A stretch of DNA of 64,000 nucleotides from Octopus sinensis (Eukaryota), in NCBI RefSeq assembly GCF_006345805.1, contig NC_043013.1, positions 51,026,001-51,090,000 on the forward strand, in the 5' to 3' direction. Every line of letters begins with the position of its first letter. The first letter of the stretch is position 1. Shown here in pieces: positions 12,313 through 22,797 of the stretch. The notes beneath the pieces were generated by a model. That model ran no database searches and was not told the origin of the DNA. It saw only the letters and a list, made by a program, of their open reading frames with translations. Made by a program: the position numbers and the translations under genes.

Positions 12313-13207
12313 CAGTATAATGGCCTCTGTTCCACAGAGCAAGTTGGCCTCGTACCTCCTCTACACCACTCCACACTTTCTCTCATCCTTCTCATCAAGT
12401 GTTTCACCTAACACCGTACCGACCGACCCACCCGCTTGCATCGGCAATAACCACCTTGTCCACTCCTTTTCCTCCGAACCAGTTTCTCTAACACTACAAT
12501 AATGGTCCCTGTTCCTCACAGAAAGTTGGTCTTGTACCTCTACTCTGCTAAGCCGGCCCCACTCGTTCTGATCTTTCTCGTCACGCACTGCGTCCAACAC
12601 TACATCCACTCGCCCGCTTGGACCGACAATAATCACCCTACCCATTCCTTCTTCCTCGGAACCAGTTATACCCCGGAATCTTCTATTCATGTTTTTCCAA
12701 TAGATGCCCCTCTTATCCACTCATCTCTGCACCTCTCGTCACTCTTATTGCGTCTATCACCGGACCTGCCCGTCAGTGCCCGTCACTAACCCGCCAATCC
12801 CATTCCTTCTTTTCACTGTAATCTTCTCTCTTCTCCCTGCTCATGTTTTTTACTGCTGGACTCGATTGAAAACAGTTTTGAACATAACTTTTACGGAATC
12901 AACCTTACTAATTTTGGAAAGACTACAAGACTTATTGCTACTGCTCCTTTCTCGGGACCCCGCAAGGTTTTTTAAAAAAATAGTTTGAACTTCTGATTAA
13001 ATTATGGTCTGGCTGAATATTCCTCTAACACACGTAATTCACGTAACTTTCAGCGTCATCCTCGGCAAAATAAGCGGGACAAATTCTTGGGAAACGTTGT
13101 CTTTTTGAATTAAATTTACAGATTCGACGAGGTTTTGCAATTTGTCAGCCCAAGTTTCATTTTCAGGGAATAGATTGATCAGACAACAATAACAACAATA
13201 ATAATAA

Positions 13208-13657
13208 TAGGGTTATAGCAAATATTCTGCTCAATACCACAAATTTGCTAGTCAGTTGCTTGACCTTAACCAGTTGAGCATGTCCCTTAGTGGCTGACGA
13301 TATGTGCATCTCTGATCATGAGCAGAAGTAGTGGGGGAGCATCATAGCCATGTGTTGAGAGGGATTCTTTGGGGTTTGGATAATTCACCTTTGGAAACAT
13401 GGGTGGTTCGTTCAACATCCTGAAACAACCCTTATTCAGGAACTTTTTGAGCGGGATGGGTTACTCGACCTGAAGATAATTCTAACTGGACCCCATCTGC
13501 AAGGTCATGTGCTGTTTATCTTGATATGATATCACTATGTCGCTCACATATGATCGCGAGGCATGTTCCGGGTGTACGCTTAGACGGGTAGTCATGATGG
13601 GTATACTGGGCTTCGTATATTTTACCCCATTGTCCCTTTGATGGCATGCACTGCTCT
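13208..13657. mobile_element. Unclassified ~450-bp element inserted in an (AAT)n array
   Basis: GC-richer block flanked on both sides by (AAT)n; no ORF or Pol III boxes recognised. Confidence 0.4.
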
Positions 13658-13841
13658 TTAATAATAATAATAATCCTTTCTACTGGAAGCACAAGTCCTC
13701 AAATTTGGTGGAAGGGATTAAGACGATTACATCGATCCCAGTGCGTACCTGGTATTTATTTACTCGATCCTGAACGGATAAAATGTCAAAGTCGATCTCG
13801 CCGCCTTCAATAATAATAATAATAATAATGATAGTAATAAT

Positions 13842-14897
13842 AACAAGAGCACTCAGAGAGCACAAACTTCCGCCAAGGTAACACCAACGTCCTCTCAACG
13901 AGTAAACGGAAATGATTTTTAAAATGAGAATATCTGAAATAAACTCGACTACTCTCACAAACGAGAATACTAAATATGAACCCAACCACTCTCAAAAATT
14001 AAGTAAAAAAACTGGAAAAATAATCCAGAATCCTTTTCCGGTACCTGATCGATCCCAGTGGTAGTCATGGAATGTGAAGGTAGAGGTGTGGGCCGTGTTT
14101 TTAATGCTGTGTGTGTGTGTGTCGTCTGCAGTGGGAACAGGGACAATTTTCTCTATGAAGGCATTTTTTAGTCTATCCACTGATATAGTGTCTTTACAAC
14201 AATTAAGGTCTATAGTGAAAAATTCATCCGTGCGTGAAAGAAAACGGAAAGGACCTGCATACGGTGCTGTTAAGGAAGGTTCAACAACATCGATGTACAC
14301 AAAAACGTGAGTCCAAGAAGTAAAGCTTCCTTCAAGGCAGAGCTAGAAATACAATTGTCAAGTAGGTAGAAGGTTTTAAACAGGAGCGATATATTCAAAA
14401 TCAGTAAAATTAAAGATTGTCGAGGATAAATTAGATTCATTATTGTTACTGAATATATTAGTGTAATTTAATTTCTGAACGGTTTTGTTGCCATTTGTTT
14501 GTATCATTTGATTTCTTTATCCATCAGTTTCTACTAAGATAGAAACACAAGTAAGATTAATAATAGAGAAACGAAAATAAAACTTTGGAAACAGTAACAC
14601 CACCGTAACTTACGTGGAAATCACGAGCGTGCTTTCGAGAGAGGTAATCAGAGAAAGACTTGAAAGTGAACGTAAGATTGTAATACTTCATGTAAAGTAA
14701 ATATAACGAATAATCCAGAATCCTTGTCCAGTACCAGATCGATCCCAAAATCTAATCAGTTTGTGCCAGTCACAAGGCCAAACATCCCTGAAAGTTTCAT
14801 CCGAATCCATCCAGTGGTTCTTGAGATATATTGTCCACAGACAAACAAACAAACGCGACTGAAAACAATACCTCCGCCTTCGCTAAGGCGGAGGTGA
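13842..14897 (-). mobile_element. Helentron-associated (HINE/DINE-1-like) non-autonomous element with internal cargo
   Basis: One end has the palindrome ACCTCCGCCTT-CGCT-AAGGCGGAGGT next to (AAAC)n. The other end has the subTIR CTTCCGCC and a short stem-loop GAGCACTCAGAGAGCAC. Confidence 0.6.
14145..14318 (-). pseudogene. Ty3/Gypsy integrase C-terminal (GPY/F) relic
   Basis: THVFVYIDVVEPSLTAPYAGPFRFLSRTDEFFTIDLNCCKDTISVDRLKNAF matches the HVFVR.D...PL..PY.GPF...DRLKPA motif. Confidence 0.85.
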
Positions 14898-14912
14898 TAA
14901 TAGTTATAATCG

Positions 14913-15120
14913 TTTCTATTATAAGCACAAAGCCTGAAATTTCGGGAAGGGAGGGATAATCGATTACAGTGACCCCAGTACTCAACTGCTACTTAATTTA
15001 TCGACCTCGAAAGCATGAAAGGCAAAGTCGACCTCGGCGGAATTTGAACTCAGACCGCAGCGGCGGGTGAAATACCGCTAAGCACTACTCCCAGCGTCCT
15101 AACCGTTCTGCCAGCACGCC
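14913..15120 (-). mobile_element. SINE family A
   Basis: Reverse complement of the family A consensus (GAAAGGCAAAGTCGACCTCGGCGGAATTTGAACTCAG). Confidence 0.85.
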
Positions 15121-15437
15121 GTGGGATCGAATTTGGAACTGGGTTGTTATGATTGCGAATCGAACTCTTTAACAAATCGACAAAAACAAAAAAAAAAAAA
15201 CAACAAAAACCAAAACGCATTCCATATGTTGTATACTATTTAAACAGTAGATATACATTCGGACGTGACTGATACATTTACCTACCTCCCCCAGACATAT
15301 ATACACACATACACACAAACCTATATACACACAGGCACGCATTTTAAAATTCTTTAAAAATTTTATTTTTATAAACAACCTTCATTGCAATTTCTCTTAT
15401 CTATTTCAATCCCAATCTGTGAGTGTGTATACACAGA

Positions 15438-15448
15438 CGTGTGTGTGT

Positions 15449-15495
<47 letters not shown>

Positions 15496-15537
15496 TGTGT
15501 GTGTGTGTGTGTATGTGTGTGTGTGTGTGTGTGTGTA

Positions 15538-15569
<32 letters not shown>

Positions 15570-15925
15570 TGTGTGTGTGTGTGTGTACTGTGTGTATATA
15601 AATATATCCATGTACATCTACATACATGTGTGGGCAAAACACACTCACACACCTTTATACGCACGTGAGTGTGTATGCGTGTCTGTGTGTGTGTGCGCGT
15701 CTGTGTGCGCGTGTGTGCGTTTGTCGGTGAATTCTTGTTTGTGTGTGTTTGTGTGTTTCTGTCTGTGTTTGTGTGTCTGTGTGTTTTTTTTGTGTCTGAG
15801 CGTGTGCGTGCCTGTGCGTATGTGTGTGTGTGTGTGTGTGTGTGTTGTGTGTCTGTGTATCTCTGTGTGTGTCTTTGTGTGTGTTTGTGTTTCTGTGTGA
15901 TTGTGTCTGTGTGTGCGTGCGAGCA
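15438..15925. repeat. (GT)n microsatellite, perfect then degenerate
   Basis: Direct inspection. Confidence 0.95.
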
Positions 15926-16510
15926 CGTGGGTGAAAGGTGTTCTGTTATAATGCTATATTCTTTTGTGGAGTATATCTATCGATTTTTTTGAAAATCTAA
16001 GTGTATGTATACTAAAATATATACACCTTTTCAGTGTAAACAACCTCACTAGGAAGAGAGAGAGAGAGAGGGGGGAGAGAGAGAGGGGGAGAGAGAGAGG
16101 GGGAGAGAGAGAGGGAGAGAGAGAGAGAAAGGAGAACCCTTTCTGGTTCACTTTACTGTGATGATAGTAATGTACTGTTTTGTCAAAGATTAACCCAGAT
16201 TCACCAAATGTGTGACCAAAATCATTCCACCCGTGACCACCCTATTTTATTCTCAAGCATCATGTATCTACGGCTACATTACGTAGGTTTTCATACGACC
16301 AAGGCATGACTGCTGTTTCTAGCAAGTCGAAAGAAGGCACAGAAGTCAGTGAGGTTGCACAGACACAACACCGATTTTCCGGACACTGATTGTCCGAAAT
16401 CTCTTTTAATCCGGAATAATTTACGAGCAGCAACTTCGAATTCCCAAAGCTGCCAGACTAGTTTACTGGTACCTTGCTCAGTACAAATACAATATTAATA
16501 AGCTTATACG

Positions 16511-16750
16511 TGGAGGCGCGTGGCTTAGTGGTTAGGGTGTCAGCATCATGATCATAAGATTGTGGTTTCGATTCCTCGACCGGGCGACGCGTTGTGTTCT
16601 TGAGCAAAACACTTCATTTCATGTTGCTCCACTCCACTCAGCTGGCAAAAATGAGTAACGCTGCGATGGACTGGCGTCTCGTCCAGCTGGGGAACACACG
16701 CCCCACAGAAACCGGGCCTATGAGTCTGTCTAGGCTTTAAAAGGGCGCAT
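16511..16750 (+). mobile_element. tRNA-derived CORE-type SINE family C
   Basis: A box TGGCTTAGTGG, B box GGTTTCGATTCC, CORE-like TTGTGTTCTTGAGCAAAACACTT, then GCTGCGATGGACTGGC; a close paralogue lies at 35615-35862 (-). Confidence 0.9.
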
Positions 16751-16812
16751 TTATATATTATTTATACCAATATACAGCTACCTGTATTTTGTTTAATTAT
16801 TTAGGCAGATTT

Positions 16813-17107
16813 GTTGTTTGTTCCTTCTCGAGCCATGCCTGGGTCATAAAAGCCGGTTTCCCGGTTTCCTTGGCGTATAGGTTCCCCACCTGGACGGGAT
16901 GCCGGTCCGTCGCAGGTGAGCTGCAAGATGCAGGAGGAAAGAATGAGAGAAAGTCGTAGCGAAAGGGTTCGCTATTACCTTCTGCCGGAGCCGCGTGGAG
17001 CTTAGGTGTTTCGCTCATAGAGACACACATCGCCCGGTCTGAGATTCGAACCCGCGATCCCTCGACCGCGAATCCTCTGCTCTAACTAATAGGCCATGTG
17101 CCTCCAC
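16813..17107 (-). mobile_element. Full-length tRNA-derived SINE with 11-bp TSD
   Basis: Minus head GTGGAGGCACATGGCC..GGGTTCGAATCTC; TSD TAGGCAGATTT at 16802-16812 and 17108-17118. Confidence 0.9.
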
Positions 17108-17774
17108 TAGGCAGATTTAATCTTTGTTTAATTTAAAGAATGATGATTTAGGTGACCACTCCTGGTTCGGAAAAATCAGTAGTTCGGAACGGCTTTGAAG
17201 TCAAGAAATCTGGGGAATCGATATACTCCTGCAGGTAATTTTTTTCTATTTCATTTGGTAATGGCTTCATGGTGGGTTAGGGACAGTGCCTAGGATCTTA
17301 ATAATCCCTCTTGACTGGCGAGATCGATGCCGTTAAAGATGAGATCGAAGCAACAATGTATTGGCTAGAAAGCCAAGTAGAGAATCAATCAAATGATCTT
17401 GTTTTCTTCCTGGTTCTAAAATTCTTCTTCCATTATAAACATGAGTGGCTTTTTAAGCTCCAGAATATGAGATTTGTGACACGTAAACACCATGCAGGTG
17501 GAGCCAGTGACAATGTTTCGAGCTGGGATAGATTCTTTTGTAAATTGAAAATTATTGTAAATGACGAGTGTCCGAAGTAGTTACGTTTGTGAACGCTCAT
17601 CTACAGGTTGGTCAGTTTTATAAGAGTAGTGATCAACTACCTGCAGACAGGTGAGATATGACAAGGTAGTGACAAAGTATCCTTGCACTGGTTAGATGGG
17701 CAGACGGACAGTTGGCCGACAGACAACTTACAGACAGGACAATTGACCGATTGAACAATATGCTGAAAGTACAG

Positions 17775-18073
17775 GTCTGTATTTAAGAGATGAGGAATTA
17801 TGAACATTATTTACATTTGACGGATATTTGTCCTCGTCTTGTTTGTTGTTAACACAACGTTTCGGCTAATATACCCTCCATATGGCGTAGTGGTTAAGAG
17901 CGTGGGCTACTAACCCCAATATTCCGAGTTCGATTCTAGACAGTGGCCTGAATAATAATAATAATAATAATAATAACAATATTAATAATAATAATAGTAT
18001 CGAAAAATATCTTAGGAATGAGAACCCAGGTTCAAAATTTCCCCAAGACACCTGATGAAGGCTGGAGGGTATA
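17775..18073 (+). mobile_element. tRNA-headed element carrying a hammerhead ribozyme, with an inverted copy of its 3' end at the 5' flank
   Basis: 17881-17940 has the A box TGGCGTAGTGG and B box GAGTTCGATTC. 18047-18073 reads GACAC-CTGATGA-A-GGCTG-GAGGGTATA. 17775-17880 on the minus strand continues TGGAGGGTATAT-TAGCC-GAAA-CG-TT-GTGTT plus tail. Confidence 0.75.
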
Positions 18074-18246
18074 CAGAACGTGACAAAACTGGCCCCTTTC
18101 GAATTACTGGTACAACTCATTTTTGCCAACTGAGTGGACAAGAGCAACGTGGAATAAAGCTTCTTTGCTCAAGAACACAATGCATCGCCGGCAATCGAAC
18201 TCACAACCTTACGAAAGTGAGCCGAGTAATCTAACCACTAAGCCAC
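18074..18246 (-). mobile_element. SINE family C (truncates the hammerhead element)
   Basis: Minus strand GTGGCTTAGTGGTTAGA..GAGTTCGATTGCC..TTGTGTTCTTGAGCAA. Confidence 0.8.
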
Positions 18247-18481
18247 AAACAGGTTAATTTGTTTATGTTCCATTTCAAATTTACAATACCTTACCAAATA
18301 TAAACAGTATTTCTTCTCTGCCAAGAATTCGCAACGATCTCGAACCCACAAGAGTAAACAAGAGAGACAGAGACAGGCAGAACCAAGTAAAATGCCACTT
18401 GTATTTGAATACTATTCAAATATTCTTTAAAAAAAACTTTTCATTTAATTTTTCCAAAATCTAATTGTTTTCCATACCTAG

Positions 18482-18520
18482 AGTTGAAAAAGTCTCAATG
18501 ACCGAAACCGGTACTGAAAT
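18482..18520 (+). ncRNA. Decayed hammerhead motif in a PLE-like tail before (TA)n
   Basis: AG-TTGAAAA-AGTC-TCAAT-GACC-GAAA-CCGG-TA-CT. The 3' half is canonical with palindromic ACCGGT; the 5' core is mutated. Confidence 0.4.
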
Positions 18521-18608
18521 GTTTTTTATGATAAAATTATTTTAGCATTTTCTACCTTGACTTTTTTCTTATACATATCAACTCATGTGTTTCTTTTCAA
18601 TCTTCTAC

Positions 18609-18652
<44 letters not shown>

Positions 18653-18830
18653 TATATATATATACATACATATACACTCACACACACACACACACGTAGG
18701 AATTATATGTACGTTTGGTGCGAAAAAAATCACATTTTAATAAATTCGTTTTAATTTCATTTTTTCATTTCTAATTTACGACTCTTGTGACTTTTGGTTC
18801 AACCTGCATATATACATAATAAACACACAA

Positions 18831-18872
<42 letters not shown>

Positions 18873-18969
18873 GTGTGTGTGTGTGTGTGTATCTATATAT
18901 ATAGATACACACACACACACATTAACAATTTCATACAAAGTATTTCATATGCCCACGTATTCTTTACTA

Positions 18970-19006
<37 letters not shown>

Positions 19007-19018
19007 TATTTACATGTA

Positions 19019-19049
<31 letters not shown>

Positions 19050-19330
19050 ATCTATGCAGCCATATATATAAAAATCAAAAAGTAGAACAGAAAAACACAA
19101 CAAACGGAATCCGTCAAAACAGAACATGCGGAAAAAAGAACAAAACAAGATACACGGTTCATTTGCAGCCAATTGCTTCTTCACTCAGAGTCCAGAATGT
19201 CAATGTAGTTTCACCCACTTATTTTCTATATATGTATACGTGTATGTATATATATTAAACATACATATATACATATATTGATACATACAGACATACATAT
19301 ACACATATATATGTACACACATACACACAT

Positions 19331-19523
19331 TGTTGTGTCTGGGGAGAGTCATTCTCTTTTAGTGCCTTATTATTTAACACACACACCGATAAATTTCCAC
19401 TCATTTACTTATTTATTAGGAAAAATAATTAAAAAAATAAATAAGTAAATGAGTGGAAACTTTACCGGCGAGAGTATTAAATAATAAGGTACTAAAAGAA
19501 AATGACTCTCCCCAGACACAACA
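19331..19523. repeat. Inverted repeat (~87 bp arms), PLE-like inverted terminus
   Basis: TGTTGTGTCTGGGGAGAGTCATT..CCACTCATTTACTTATTTATT versus AATAAATAAGTAAATGAGTGG..AATGACTCTCCCCAGACACAACA. Confidence 0.9.
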
Positions 19524-19732
19524 GAATATGCTTCAACACACGAACTCATATAAAGAATCTTGCAAACCAAATCCGAAAAACGATATATATTACGGAGATG
19601 TACTTGCATAGCAAGTGATTTGATCTGAGATCGTGTGCTGAAACGAAAGCAATTGCAGCGTGGAAGGTGTTTGTAAGCCATTTAAGAAACGCACAAAAGC
19701 CGTTCGATTCACTTCAACATTTAAGTTTAATT

Positions 19733-19779
19733 TGTCAAAATATTTTCGTCGCTTTAAGCCCGCGACCTGTTCACTGACA
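19733..19779 (-). ncRNA. Hammerhead ribozyme variant with G3-C8 core
   Basis: Minus strand TGTCA-GTGAACA-G-GTCGC-GGGCTTAAA-GCGAC-GAAA-ATAT-TT-TGACA: perfect 5-bp stems I and II and a palindromic AATATT stem III. Confidence 0.65.
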
Positions 19780-19788
19780 TATATATAT

Positions 19789-19821
<33 letters not shown>

Positions 19822-20483
19822 GGGTACAGGACGTCACAAACAGTAATCAACATGAAATACGAAAACAAATGAGTTGAATACACAAACAACGAGAGAAACA
19901 AGTGGAAGACAGGAGAAGTAACATAAAGAACGACCCTTCATCGGTTGTCGGCCGTCCATCTACTCCTCATTTCGAGCACTGAACGACAATATGAGTCTTC
20001 GAAGACAGTTGCTCCCACAAATTCTCAAAATAAATTTTGAAGCACATACGTATGTATGCACACATACATACGTCTATTTATGTGTTTGTGTGTGTGTCTT
20101 TGTGGTGCGTCCGTACCCATCACCCCACCCACCCACCGCTTATGTTCCCGAAATCTAGCGGTTCGGCAACAGAGAACGACAGAATAAGTACCAAATTTAC
20201 TAAAAAAAAGTATAGGAAACGACTTGCTCGACTACACCTTTCAAGGTGGTGCTCCGGCATGGCCGCATTCCAATGACTCGACCAAAAAGACGATATATAT
20301 ACACAAATACACACACTCACACACACTCGTACACGCACGCACACACATAAATGTATACGCACATATACCCTAACACACATTTGGACATAACCCTCCCTCC
20401 ATCTCATATACATCACATACATACACACATACATACATGCATACATACATACATACATAATACATACATACATACATACATAC

Positions 20484-20514
<31 letters not shown>

Positions 20515-20853
20515 ATATATATACACATCTATACTCATATATAAAATCGCTATACTTCCACGTAAATATATATACACGCTACTGAATCTACGACTTGGTA
20601 ACGCTATATTCTATGTGTGTTCTATACACACGCAAACATACCGGACTGACACACACAAACACACAAACAGTCAGGTATATAGATAGAAATACTATGATAG
20701 AGAGAAGCGCGTTGTGTATTGTGTAATATTTTAAGCCAGTTGAAGGAAGACCTTCTGAGACCCGGCTTCCATTTCTGCCTGTGTCTGTGTATCCGTGTGT
20801 TGTGTTCGCTCGTTCCATCTTCCGCTTTTTCAATTTACTCTCTCGTCGTTCAC

Positions 20854-20888
<35 letters not shown>

Positions 20889-22272
20889 TCTGTTATGTAA
20901 GATGTTAGCTCAGCGATAATATCGGTGCTAATTTATGCAACATAGTCTCTTCGATTATGGCTTGTGTGTCACTAGGTGCTTCTTGGTGCACGAATTCTGC
21001 TGCAACAATTTCAGAATCAGGTGATTCGCATGTCATTTTTCGCTGTGTGCAAACATGCGACCAACTAGAATTCTGGTAACTTTACATTGGGGGAGGGGGG
21101 GGAGGGGGGGGGGGGGGGGTGAAGTAAAAAAAAAAAAGAAAAAAGTATTTAATGAATACGTGATATTTTGATGTATTTTTGCTTCTTTTTGGCTTTTATA
21201 ATTTATTGCTCTGTTGTACTATTTTTAACAAGCCGTATATGTGTGTGTACACATTTTATATATATATACACGTGTGTGTGTGTGTGGTGTGTGTGCATAT
21301 ATATATATATATACGTGTGCATTTGTACATATACACGTGTGTGTATAAATATATATACACACGTGCGTGTGTGTTTGTGTATGTATGTATGTATATATAT
21401 ATCTATATATACACACAGGTATGTATATATGTATGCATGTATATATGTGTATATATACGTGTGTTCACATATATACATGTGTATTTCTATATATACACGT
21501 GTGTGTATAAATATATATATACACACATGTATATATATGTATGCATATCTATATATATATATATATATGTGTGTGTGGGGGTATTTGTTCATACACACAC
21601 GTGTGAATATATATAGACGTATACATGTATGCTTATATATATATATCTGTATATATACATGTACTTATTTGTGTGTGTGTGTGTGTGTGTGTGTGCATAT
21701 ATGTAGGTATATGTATAATGTTTATGTGTATATATATATGAACGTGTATATATGAACCTATATAGGCATATACACACGTATGTCTACATATGTAAACATA
21801 CGTCCACGCACACATACACACACACACTTGCAAATGGGTATGCACGAACACACACACACACACACGTTTCACACACGTGCGCACGCGCATGCACGTGTGC
21901 GTGCATTTGCCTGTGCGTGCGTGCGTACGTGTGTGTGTGTGTGTAGGCGCGCTCGCTGGCTCATTGTAGGGAATGATTTAGGGAAGTAATTTAATGAAGT
22001 TGTATGATTTTTAGGGAACGTTTGGGGTAAACGGTTTGTTTTGCTTTAATCTTCTGGTCGCGGTTTTCAGTTGTTGATTTACAACTTTGATTCTATTAGA
22101 TAATAAAGACAGACATGGAACGAAAGGGTGGGGGGAGAAGAGGGAGAGGGCGAGAGGGGGGGAGAGGAAGAAAGAGTAAGAGAGAAAGGAAATAGGGGAA
22201 GACGAAGGAGCGAGGTTCTGAAGGTCGACATGGAAAGGGATCAGTTAGAGATAATGAGTATCTTGCACACGG

Positions 22273-22337
<65 letters not shown>

Positions 22338-22339
22338 TA

Positions 22340-22416
22340 CAGGGTGTCCATAAATTCTCTTTACAACTTCCATACTTTTAAAATCCATATTGTAAAGGGA
22401 ATTTATGGACGTCCTG
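22340..22416. mobile_element. 77-bp Tc1/mariner MITE
   Basis: 27-bp imperfect TIR CAGGGTGTCCATAAATTCTCTTTACAA / TTGTAAAGGGAATTTATGGACGTCCTG, with TA on both sides. Confidence 0.8.
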
Positions 22417-22797
22417 TATGTAGATGGATATGCCTACATACGCATATATAAGTACGTACGGACGTACGAAAACATACATGAACATAGACACAAGCGTGCG
22501 TGTGTGTGTGTGTGCATTACGGTTTCGCACAGGCATACTAATAATAATTACCAGTCGATAGAATTCAATTGGGTTACACTTCAGAATAAAGTATTAGACG
22601 AGTAAACAATGAAACACTAATCAATAATTATCTAATAAATAACTTAGTATTCACTTACATTAGCTTACAGTTGTTTCTGCTGTTAGTAAGCGTGCACCCA
22701 GAGCGGCGTACATTGCTTGTTAGAGTTAATGTAAGTGTAAGTTAATGAAAGTGAGAGCCTAACTGTTCTGTTGTCATTAATTGACAAATACATGTTT

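Noticed and set aside
12850-13160. Possible decayed GIY-YIG relic on the minus strand (also ~50900-50990)
   Set aside because: Motif traces are too degenerate to call by eye.
16511-16585. tRNA gene
   Set aside because: A and B boxes are present but there is no convincing acceptor stem, and the sequence runs into a SINE body. The same applies to the other heads.
17311-17580. 89-aa ORF in non-repetitive sequence
   Set aside because: Non-ATG start, no recognisable domain or splice context; probably an old transposon remnant.
19930-19980. Circularly permuted (type II) hammerhead on the minus strand (CGAAA..CCGATGA); a similar order occurs at 9216-9250
   Set aside because: Stems I-III cannot be formed convincingly; a family alignment would be needed.
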